This document shows, one piece after another, positions 12,838 to 24,600 of a DNA stretch of 64,000 nucleotides (positions are counted from its first letter, which is position 1; each line of letters begins with the position of its first letter). Below the pieces are notes generated by a model, which did no database searches, was not told the origin of the DNA, and saw only the letters and a list, made by a program, of their open reading frames with translations. Both the position numbers and the translations under genes were made by a program. Source of the DNA: Paraspadella gotoi (Eukaryota > Animalia > Chaetognatha). The DNA is taken from the NCBI GenBank assembly GCA_051294375.1, contig CM119267.1:3097344-3161343 (forward strand), written 5' to 3'.

Positions 12838-15800
12838 ATGGCGCCGACGACGAAGACTACGACGCCGACGATCGTTCGTCACGCGACGCAATTTCTTCGC
12901 GATCTCAGTCGAACAAACGACGGAATCATCGCCGACAAGGTCTGTCTGTCCGTCTCTCAATTTCCGTTTATCCTTCCGTCCATGTCCGTCGGTCTGTCTG
13001 TCTCTCTTTATGTCTTTGTCTATTTGTCTCACTCTCGGTCTATTTGTCTTAATTATTCTGTCGATCTGTATTTGACGATTAAAAGAAAAAACCGGTATTA
13101 TGCAAATTAGCTTTGGTACGAGGCTTGTAGAAAACAAATGATCAATCCATGAGTCAACCCTTTTCCCCTTTCAAGGTCGTCCCCGAATTGGATCCAGCTC
13201 AGTTGGCGTTGGGGCGACGCCGCGATCCGACCGCCGGCGTCGGCGCCCCCCGTCGACATACCGGCGCCATCCCTGGCAACATCGAGTGGCCCAAGTCGCT
13301 TCTCTCTTTCGTTCTTCGCGACAAATTGGAAGCATTTTGCGTCGACGCAGTTTTGCAGTTGCTCAACGCCAAGTGTGACCAGTAAGGCGGCCCGATATTC
13401 TTGACTCTTTTGCCATTTTGATATGAATTTCTTTTGTATTTATATACGAAATTGGTATAACGTATAAAACCATTAAGGCAATTAAATATTAGTAAAATTA
13501 GTGAAAAGTTTAATAAATAGTCAAAGAAAATTGTTTTGAAAAAAAATAATTTATTTTTAAGAACAGATACAGTTAGCCCATAAAAAGTTGTGTACCAAAT
13601 TATAATTATTTTAAAAATTTTGAGATGATATGAGAGTATAAACAATAAACAATAAACAACTATAAACATTAAAGAAGTCAGAATAAGCAAGTAAGGTCTG
13701 AAATTCCCGAAGCTGCCATAACGCCCCAGGGTCACCATAGACATCAGGCATTCGCCCCTTGACTCCAAACCTGGAACGGAATAAATTGCATCGGGGTTTA
13801 AGTGTAACGATGGAAACACGATTACGACAGTTGAAATTGGTACAACCAATATAAAAATTATCCTCTCGTTTAATAAATAAGCTATCTTGCCCCTGACTTT
13901 CGACAGGCTTTGGAGGTTTTAAGGCCTCCATCATGACATAGCAGGTCCCTGCAAGCTTTCAATCAAAACTCTCACAGTCTAGTTTGTTCACTCCCACGGT
14001 ACCTTGCTTCCCTATAAATGAAGTGGTATAATATTTTAAAGAATATCTCGATTGTATAAAAGGACCACTCCCTTAAGTATTAATTAATTAAATATTTTAT
14101 TTTTTCCCTCCCCAGTCCTTGTCCCGCGGAAATCATGTCTTACTTGACGAGACTCACAGTCTCCTCCTTTCTCGCCGACGACAATCAACTGGAAGAGTGC
14201 AGGTAAAGTCGAGCAAGCAATCGGGCAAGCAAACGCGCGAGGAAGCGTTCGAGCGACTTGCGATGATATTTTAATTTTCCAGAGCGAAAGAATATCCGCT
14301 ATCGTCGTCAAAGGAGAAAGGGGTGGACCCTGGAACGATTCCCGCCGCCTGTAAGCATTTATTGATTGATTGATTGATTTATTTATTGATTGATGATTAC
14401 ATTTTTTTCTTTACTCTTTTATTCATTTATTCATTTACTTATATATTTATATATTAATATATTCATTGATCGACTGAACGATGCATTTATTTATTTATTA
14501 ATATAAATTAATTTTAAAAATGATTTATTGATTGGTTCGTTCTTCCAGACGAAGCCCAGTTGATCATGCAGCGTCTCTACAATCATCTGATTCACCAGTC
14601 AGCACCGTTGCTGAAAAGCGCCGCCGCCACCGCCGCCGACGCAGCCTCAGACGCTGGCGGCGCCTTCAAGGAGAAGTTGATGTCGCGCGACGCCGCTCAT
14701 CAATATTCCGTCGACGCCCTCCCTCGATTTGATGCCGGAAGAGAAGATAAAGATTCCGAATCGGAGGTTGAAAATCTCAGCGAAGGAATGACTGACCGAC
14801 TGAATTGACTTACTTTTTGACTGATTGACTGACTAATTGATTGAATTGACTTTATTTCTAAGTGACTGACTAACTGACTGACTGAATTGACTTACTTTTT
14901 GACTGATTGACTGACTAATTGATTGAATTGACTTTCTTTCTAAGTGACTGACTAACTGACAGAATGAATTGACTTACTTTTTGACTGACTTACTGAATCA
15001 ACCCTTTTCTTACCGTCTGACTGACTGTATTGCACGTTTTCTTACTGACTGACTGACAGACAAAATGACTTTCTTTCTTTACAACTGACTGACTGACTGC
15101 CTGAATTTATTTTTTTAGAAAAGAAGTCAATTCAGTCAGTCACTGAGTGTCTGACTGATTGCGTGACTGACTTAATAGACTTTCATTCTGACTGACTGAT
15201 TGACTGAACTGACATTCATACTGGCTTTCTAGTTTCTCTCTTAGTGACTGACCCCTTTTTTCCCCACAGGACGACTCCGACGATAATTTGGTGGAAGAAA
15301 CCCGAACGTCCTTAAAATCTTCATCCCCAGTGCCTCCTAGAGTTAATGGTGAGCTCAAATATTAATTAATCTTTTCATTAATTAAATGTTTAATTTTAAT
15401 GAGATTGGTACAACCAATATAAAAATTATCCATTCATTTAATAAAAAACGCTATCTTGTCCCTGACTTTGGACAGGCTTTGGTGGTTTAAGGCCTCCATC
15501 ACACTTACAAGATAATAACATAGCAGGTTTCTGCAAGCTTTCAATCAAGACTCTCTCACAGTCTTATTTATTCACTCCCAGTGAACCTGGCTTCCCTATC
15601 AATGAAGTGGTATAATATTTCAAAGAATGTTTCAATTGTATGAAATACCACTCCCTTAAGTATTAGATCGAGGAATACTATATTGTACTCCGCACTAGCA
15701 TCAAAATACAAGGAGCTGAATTTTATGAATTGGACAACCAATATAAAAATTATCCATTCATTTAATAAATAAGCTATCTTGTCCCTGACTTTGGACAGGC

Positions 15801-16281
15801 TTTGGTGGTTTAAGGCCTCCATCACACTTAGCAAGATAATAACATTAGAGAGAGAGAGAGAGTCAAAGCTCAAAAGGACAAAGACACGTAATTTGCATCT
15901 AATTATATCTCATTTACATCCCATTTACATCTATACAAATTTATCATCTTTTGTTCATGTGATGTCGATTTTAAACTAAATTTTAACGTATTTTTTAGCA
16001 AATTATTAAACAATTTTTCTTTTCAGAAATTTTACCAATTCCACCGTCCAGCCTCGAAGGAACTTGCTATCAGGTTCGTCAGTCGTTCATGACATAAAAC
16101 ATTTCAGTATTTAAATGATTAATAACTAAATTTGAAATTTTTAATCAAGGGATTCGGCCACGCAATCAAAAACACCCGAAGGAAAATGGAAGATCGTCAC
16201 GTGATCGTTCCGGACATAAACGAAGCATTCGGCCTCAACGTAATAATAATAATATTTATAATAATAATTATAATAATGATG

Positions 16282-16358
<77 letters not shown>

Positions 16359-16382
16359 TATAATAATAATTATAATTATAAT

Positions 16383-16472
<90 letters not shown>

Positions 16473-16774
16473 TTACAACCACGTCCGCCAAAACAATGTT
16501 GACTATTTCGACTACTACGACAACAACAACCGACCATAGTAATCAAAGTGTGCCGCATACGACAGATTCCCGGCGGCGGAAGCTTCTTCGCTGTGTTCGA
16601 CGGCCACGGCGGCCACGATGGCGCCGCCTTCGCCTCGGCCCAACTTCCCCGCGCCTTCGCCAATTTCCTCGTGGAATGCTACGATCCTCAGGCAGCCTTC
16701 GCTCACGCCTTTCAAGTTGTGGACAAGGAATTCTGCGTCAAGTGTGGGAGAGAGGTGAGAGAGGGAGGGAAAGG

Positions 16775-16818
<44 letters not shown>

Positions 16819-19800
16819 CAGGGAAAGGAGAGAGAGAGGCAGGGAAGGAGAGAGAGAAAGAGGGTTGTCTTTGCCTAAGTTGTGGACAAAGAATTCTGTG
16901 TCTTATACAAGGAAAGTGTGTGTCTTCCCTCACTCATTTTTTTGTTGTGGACAAGGAACTCTGGGTCATGTTTAGGATGGCGGTGAGAGAGGGGGGAGAG
17001 GAAGGGAGGAAGAGGAGGAGACGGAATAGGAGGAGGAGAGAAGAAGAGGAGGGAGAGGGGGGGAGGAGAGAGGAAGAAAGAGGGATGAGGCATAGCCTGG
17101 AGGCATAGAGAAGAAGCGGACGGGTGAGGGAAAAGAAAAAGAATTGTGAACCCAAAAAATTAATCACACCGCCTGGCGCCTGTTTCTCTTTCGCCAGAAT
17201 CTTCGGTCAGGATCGACAGGCGTCGCCTGTTTCTTGGCGGAGAATTCTCTCTACGTCTCTTGGGTCGGAGATTCTCAGGCGATTCTCCTTCGAGGAGTCC
17301 CAGGCCTTAACGCCGATCCACTGCCGACAACGACGACGACGACGACGACGACGACACCGACGGGGTCAGGGACGGAGGATAAAGAGGCCTCGCGACCCAA
17401 CGGGCACGCGACCGACGACAACGACGCCGTGAGTCAATCATTCAATCAATCGTTCAAGCAATCAGAAAAAAATTTTTTTCTCCAAATATACCACGATTTA
17501 TCAATCATTGACCGTTTGACGATATTCAATCAATAAATAAAAATTCAATCAATCATTCAATCAACCCCATCCAGCCGACCCCCGATCCGCCGTCCGGCTA
17601 CATCCCCGAGCACCAGTGCATCATGCGACCTCATCGTCCCGACCGGGAAGACGAGCGCCGCCGCATCGAGGCCTTGGGCGGCATCGTCATCTGGTTCGGC
17701 ACCTGGAGAGTCAACGGCGCCATCGCCGTCTCGAGATCCATCGGTGAGTTGAGGGGGGTGGGTAGGGGGGGGGGATATGGAAAAAGAACGGGGAGATGGT
17801 CGTCTATGCGAGAGTTTTAAGGCGAGACGAAATATGTCAACTTTACGGTGGATTAAAATCCACCAACCGTTCGTCAGCGCCCATTGGTGCCGGAGGTAAG
17901 TCATTCGCCTTCCGACCCGAAGGTCCGGGGTTCTAGCCCGGTGGTTGTCCTAGCAGTTAAGAGGAACGGGGCGCTTAACCCGCCTGTAAAACGGTGTTAC
18001 AGCCGGATCCGAAGCTCAGGGACTGCTTATATTGAACGGTTCTGTCACTAACACATAACAATGATTACTGTCTCTTCATCTTTTTGTTTATTGAAGCATT
18101 GAGGCGTTTGAATACTTTGTAGACTGGATCTACTGACCTCCTGACCTTCTGACCTCCTGATCTCTTGACCTCCTGACCTCCTGATCTCTTGACCTCCTGA
18201 CCTCCTGATCTCTTGACCTCCTGACCTCCTGATCATCCACCGTCGATCTTCTGTTTCAGCCGCCAGATCCGCGAGTCGCCGCGACTTATGTTTAATGCCT
18301 GTGAATTTTTAAAAAAAAATAAAAATATGAGGATATATTAAATTTTTTGAATAAGAAAGATAATTTGGTTTTTTATTTAATATTTTGATGATAGTAGATG
18401 ATCACAACATAATTTTCTTTCTCTTAGTTTTTGCTAAATTTAGCTAATAAAGTTGAAAAAATATTTCAAAATCTAATTAAATTAAATTTATTTAAAATTT
18501 TCGTGATCTATCTAAAATTTAGAATTGAAAAATAATTTTTTAAATTATTTTTAGTTATAAATATAAAGCCTCCGTTATTACCTATAAAAGATATTTGAAT
18601 TTTTATTTTAATTTCTGTTTTCTCTGGAATATATGTATTGGAACATTATTTATTAAATTTGTACAACCAATATAAAAATTATCCATTCATTTAATAAATA
18701 AGCTATCTTGCCCCTGACTTTGGACAGGCTTTGAGAAATAAATTTACGAAAATATTTTTATAGGTTTTTATTTTTATATTTCAAAAGCTCATATAATTTT
18801 TTTAAAAAATTAATAATTTGATTTATCATAACTTATAAGGTTTGCCCAATTTTATTAGCATTTTATATACATTAAAAATCGTCATTTCCGACAAGAAAGA
18901 TGAAAATATAGAAAAAAATGGTCATCACCATCGAATTCTTCAGATCTTATTACAGTAAAATAATTATGAATGGAATTTAATATCTTAGATTTTGTTATAT
19001 TTGAACGCTCTATTATATATATATTATATATATTATATGGTATGAAATTGGTACAACCAATATAAAAATTATCCATTCATTTAATAAATAAGCTATCTTG
19101 CCCCTGACTTTGGACAGGCTTTGGTGGTTTAAGGCCTCCATCACTCTTACAAGATAATGACATAGCAGGTCCCTGCAAGCTTTCAATCAAGACTCTCTCA
19201 GTCTCGTTTATTCACTCCCAGAGTACCTGGCTTCCCTATCAATGAAGTGGTATATTATAGAACTCATGGAGTATTAATCCTTTCTTTTCGTTGTGGAGAG
19301 TGCTTACTGCTTAGTAAAACAGATTTTGAAATTCAACAACGATTTATTTGAATAACGGACATGTTTCGCTGATGAAGACTTGAAAACAATTACAGAGCTC
19401 ATAGTTTTTAACTTGATCTGACTTACTACGGGCCAAGACGGGAAAGTGAGCGTGAGGGTGTTCACTGATCAGCGTTCACGTTCACGTTGGCGATCGAGTG
19501 ACACTCACCCCGTGAACTGAGCTTGTGACTCGTCTCTCTCACGTCGTTACAACGCGTCCCTTTTCTTTCGTTGCCAGGCGACGTGGAACACAAACCCTTC
19601 GTGAGCGCGGAATGCGACACGCAGAAATATCATCTCGGCCGAGACGACGATCTCTTGATTCTTGGATGCGACGGCCTCTTCGACACTTTGGATCCCATTA
19701 AGATCGCACAGGTCAGTTCCATTAAGACTTTGGGAACATTTTGATGATGTTGACAATGTAATAAACATTTTAGGATGTACTGCTCATCGTACTATTATTA

Positions 19801-20457
19801 GATTCCAAGTAGATTCCCCTCTAACTCTATAACCCCCTTTTTCAGGTGGCGTCGGATCACCTCCGCGGCGAAGGTGGGCGTGGCCCTGGGTCAATTCATC
19901 GTCTCCCGCACAAACTCATCCAAGAGTCGAAGTCGAACGGAAGCAACGACAATATCTCTGCTGTCGTCGTCCCTCTCATTCATCCGAAAAAGAGAAGTGA
20001 GTAGAGAGGAAGGGGGAGAGAGAAGTGAATATAGAGGGAGAGAAGATGAGAAGAGAAGTTAGTAGAGAGGAAGAGGTGGAGAGAGAGGGGAGAGAGAAGT
20101 GAATAGAAAGGGAGAGGAGAAGAGAAGTGAGTAGAGAGGAAGAGGGGGAGAGAGAAGGGAGAGAGAAGTTAACAGAGAAGGAGAGAAGGAAAGTGGAAAG
20201 ATAGGTGAAGTAGATTGGGAAAGTAGATAAGTGAGTAAGATAATAGGAAAGTAGATCTCTAATCTAATCCCTCAACTAATTCATTTAATCCATCTTCTAA
20301 TCCCTCATTCAGTTCTCAATACCAAGTTACAAATTTTTGGCCTCAAATCCGTTTCACATTTTTTATCTTTTTCTCTCAGGCTGGCCTTCGCAAAGAGGAG
20401 TGTCTCTTGTACAGGAAGCGTTTCCCTCCATTACCGCGGAAATATTCAACGAAAAAT

Positions 20458-20500
<43 letters not shown>

Positions 20501-20540
20501 AACGACGACGACGACGACGACAGCGAAGGCCGAACTTTAG
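12838..20540 (+). CDS. PP2C-family protein phosphatase, PPM1E/PPM1F-like, 14 coding exons
   Basis: Exons 12838(or acceptor 12685)-12939, 13176-13381, 14116-14202, 14283-14350, 14549-14766, 15270-15348, 16027-16073, 16150-16239 ([14 protein letters not shown]), 16566-16754 (FAVFDGHGG), 17198-17428 ([13 protein letters not shown]), 17575-17743 ([31 protein letters not shown]), 19578-19711 ([10 protein letters not shown]), 19846-19996 (GSNDNIS) and 20380-20540. All phases join in frame; the start codon is uncertain. Confidence 0.93.
13831..14080 (-). mobile_element. 3' fragment of retrotransposon family A (intronic)
   Basis: Same block, extended into the putative ORF2 C-terminal region. Confidence 0.75.
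15404..15845 (-). mobile_element. Two tandem 3' fragments of retrotransposon family A; the longest copy retains a putative ORF2 C-terminus
   Basis: Minus strand reads [30 protein letters not shown] followed by a ~170-nt 3' UTR. This resembles the LL.G...IF..V..FI....RF terminus of invertebrate LINE ORF2 proteins (recalled, not searched). Confidence 0.7.
16240..16468 (+). repeat. (AAT)n microsatellite filling most of a PP2C intron
   Basis: Seen directly; it starts at the GT donor (AAC|GTAATAATA). Confidence 0.95.
17846..18078 (+). mobile_element. tRNA-derived SINE family C
   Basis: A-box-like TGGTGCCGGAGG and B-box-like GGTTCTAGCCC. A second, inverted copy lies at 45820-46063. Confidence 0.75.
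18130..18235 (+). repeat. Minisatellite (GACCTCCT/GATCTCTT 8-bp subunits, 24-bp period)
   Basis: Seen directly. Confidence 0.85.
19041..19255 (-). mobile_element. 3' fragment of retrotransposon family A (a shorter copy lies at ~18655-18732)
   Basis: Near-identical to the other copies. Confidence 0.75.
19327..19385 (-). mobile_element. Rearranged relic of a Penelope-type hammerhead repeat
   Basis: Minus strand GAAACATGTCCGTT-ATTCAAATAAATCGTTGTTGAAT matches 59534-59580; the CTGATGAAG core is present but inverted. Confidence 0.55.
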
Positions 20541-21632
20541 CTTTTTTTCTTTTTTCTTTTTTTTCTTTTTTTAACGCAATTTTAATACTTCGTAGTTTCT
20601 TCTTTACATTTTTTCTCTTTTTTTTTAAATCAGTCATTTTATTTTATTTTTTTTACAAGAACATTTTTTCTTCATTTTTTTTCTTAATCTTTCGTCAACC
20701 GTAATATATTGGCTTTTTGGAATTTTTTAAAATTAATTCTACATCATTTTTTACAATATTATAATTATTGTTTCTTGGGGAAAACCTCTGTAATTTAAAC
20801 TTTTATTCTTATTTACTTCGTGCTTTTGTTAATACACAATCGAAATTCATTTATGATAAACTAGGATTTAAAATAAATCTTAAATTTACAAGTAGAAAAA
20901 AAAAAGGCTGTGCTGCATGCGAAGCGCGAGATTTTTATTCACGTTATCTACGTTTATGGCGATATATATATTTTTTTTTTCTCTACGATGTGATTAAATA
21001 ATATATTATGGGTTAATTGAATTTTTAAATTTGTATGCATCTTGTTTCTCTGAGATCGAGAAATGGTGAATCGTAAAAAGTCACGAAATACAAAAACCAA
21101 TGGTCGCAGTATTAACTATTATCTTTTTAGTTTTTTTTTTTTTTTTTGTCGTTTCGTTCTGTGCTGATTTTAACTACTTTTTTAAATAGAGTACACATTG
21201 TTTACTTTTAGTTTGTTTATTTTTAACTTTTACGATAAAGTTGTCGATTTTAAGTTAATCATTTCGAAATGTTTATAAGAATTTACGTGTGATAAGAAAA
21301 TTAAATTATTTATTTAAAAAAAGGAACTAGGTTCACTTTGAAAGAAACCCGCGAAGAAACTGATAAGATAAGGTTTTCGAGTCTCTAAAATTTCGAGCAT
21401 TAAAAAATAATGGACGACAAATCAATAATACATAATACATAATTAATTAATTCAAATGATAAATCGTTAACCGAGTACCAAGATTTGATCGCCTTAGCAT
21501 TCATCATATCTAAAATTGATTATACATTAGAATTTAAATACTAGACCACTTTCGTTTGTCACAAATATTGATCAATAGACCAGAAAACGTCGTCAGAGGA
21601 CGCCACCTAGGTATCCCTTCACGACGTCTTCC

Positions 21633-24600
21633 TTAGAGGCAGGAGTAAACAATGGCGCCGACCCGGAATCCAAAATGGACGAGCAGCGTCCAGAGGCAGA
21701 AGTTGGAGTAGCACTGCGCTGCGGCGTCTCTGCCAGCGTGGGCCGCGGCGACTGCGTTGACGGCTGCGGCGACACCGAGCGGCGAAAGAGGAAAGACGAC
21801 GAGGCCGTCGACGGCGCCGCTGAAGAAAACGAGCGCGCAGAGAGAAAAGACGAGACCGGAACTCGTCAACGCCAGAATCCACGCGGCGCTGTTGGACGGA
21901 GTCGTGTGTACAGCGGCGCCGACGGTCGTTCGGTCGGGCGGCGTCGAACGCTCGGCGTCACAAAGATCTGGATCCACGTCGTCTGTGATATTGAGACACA
22001 AAATGACCGAAATTGATTAACATCACGATATTTCATTTCTTTTCTTTTCTTTTCTTTTCTTTTCTTTTCTTTTCTTTTCTTTTCTTTTCTTTTCCCTTTT
22101 TTTTATTTTCTTTTTTCTATTCTTTTTTTCCTCTTTTTTCTTTTCTTTTTTTCTTTTCTTCTTTTCTTTTCTTTAGATCATCACCCGTTACTTACCCTCA
22201 ACTCGACTCCGGTTTCTCTCCGATCGAGTGACGAAACAGACGACGATGGCGACGACGATGATAGCGACGACGACTTGGACGAGGTTGTCCGCGTTGAAGC
22301 AGGTGTGGCCGCGGACGAGGATCTGTGGAGAGGTGAGTCGTTGAAGGAGTTTATTAGATATATTACGCTCTTAGCTTGTGTTATGTAATTTAAATAACTT
22401 TCATTTAAATAAAAAATGTACAATTATAAGTTATAAAGATATAAAGGATATATATTTTTTTAATTATTCTACACTAAATGCCAAAGGAGCAAGAAGAACG
22501 AAATTATAATAATTATCAGGTGTTCAACTAAATAAAACTCGTTACTTTCTCTCTCAACATTTTTCCAAAAGTTTTCAACGGTCATTTTTAAATTGATTCT
22601 AATGTCTACAATATTGTAAGTTTTGAAATCGTGAGGTCGTTCGATTTCCTGTCGACAAAAGTAAAGAATTAAACTCAAAGGAAATATGTTATAAAAGACA
22701 GGAGCACGAGATTCGAACCCGTAGTCTAATATTTCGGAACGGACCGACCGTTGTTTTCTCTCGTCGTAAATATTCGATGAATATTTTATTTTCTCACGAT
22801 TTGGATTTCGAGAAAACGCTAAATATATAGACCAAGTGAAAAAAATTAATAGGGTTAAACAAGCTTTCGAAATTATTTTAGAAGATTTCCTGTTAAAAAA
22901 ACCGGCCGCGTGACTAAATACAAAAGCTGAAGGAGGTAAAGTGGAAATAAAAAGTACATAGTTATAATTCTCGCAAAGTATTATAGCCGCGTAAATATTT
23001 TTATGAAGATTACTCCATTCTGTTGCAGAATATTTATTATCATTTGTACTGTACCGCTTATTGCAGTTCAACTGTAGGCTTCGCAATAAATCTTTATTTT
23101 CGTTACCAACTTTCAAGTTTAATAGCAAAAATGTCGGAATGAATAAAACTAATGCGAATGAAATAAAGCTACTTTGATGAATGACGCGGCAAGTTCCATT
23201 TTCACTGGAAAAGAATCTGTTTATAACCGTGACCAGGACGGTACAAAAGTAAACAAATATCAAGCTTAATATTACTATCGGAAAGATTTCGAAAATGCGA
23301 GTAAAAGAATAAACTTGTGACTTTTTCTGCAAGATATTATTTTTTTGCTGTCGAAATTTTGAGCAATACGCTTGACTTTTATAGTTGTACCAGGAATAGC
23401 CTTTCTCTTTAAAAACGCACGGTCCATGTTCCTTTAACGAGTAACGCATAAGATGTTTTTTCATAAAAGCGAAGCCGTCTTCATACTCGAAAATTAAATA
23501 TATATCAGCGATTAATACAATTAGCACTAACAAAAAAGTCGAAAGGAGAAAAAAATATTTCCAAAAATATTTCGTCAAAAGTAAAATATTTAAGTAGTAA
23601 TAAAAACCCAAGCTCATCTCGATCAAAGCGAAATAAAGCAGAGTGGAATAATTAGGCAAAAGAATTTGATAATTTCCAAATTTCAAAACGGCGTGGGCCT
23701 TGGCCGATCTCAAAGGCGGGTTAATCTCGTCACGTGACTTTCCACTTCTGCGGTCGAATTGTTCCGGATCGACACAAGGATCGATCGAGATCGATCGATC
23801 CAAGTGGATTTCCGCTCGCGTCCACTTTTCCTTATCGATTAGTCCCTCGACTTTGAAACAATGGACGTCGAACTTTTTCGCCGACGAATTCCAAACGTTG
23901 GAATAAAACGCGAGTTCCGGGGTCAGATCAAATTCCAAATTGGCCAAACCCCAGTCGATCTTTTTAGTATCGACGTTCTTAAACGGATTTTTGCCCAAAT
24001 ATACAAAGTCTCTTATATTAAGATGTTTTTCTATTTGATAAAAAATCGAAATCCAAACGAGACTGAGCAGAATCGTCGTCAGGGATTGAAACGGTCTTAT
24101 TTGAATTCCCCAAGTTTTGCGAGGATGATTAAGACTTAACGTTTTCTTTAATAGTTCTATATACTGTTTAAAATCAGCGGGCGTGACTACTCGAAGTATA
24201 ACCAGCGGTGCTCCGAAAATGAAATAAGCGCAATTTCTTATCGATTTTACGTAGATAATGTACAAACATATAGAAGTTCCTAAACAGCCTTGCGCGATTC
24301 CGAGCAATAAACAGAATTTGCCGAAATTTGGATTTGACGCAAAAAATCTGGAAATTTGTAGATTTCTTTGAGTCGCGGTAACTTTGGAAAGACTCACAGT
24401 AGAAACGACGACGGATATAATGGACCAATAACTTGTTATTTTCCACGAACAGGCGTATTTGAGCCAATCGCCTTTCGAGGTTAAAACGGCGCACGAACAG
24501 GTTTCGTCAAGCCATTGGGCGGATCCGTTACGATTAAAAAGGATTAAAAATCCGTTTCTTCGACAAAATAAATCATCGCTTCCCACTCTCCCGACGCCCC

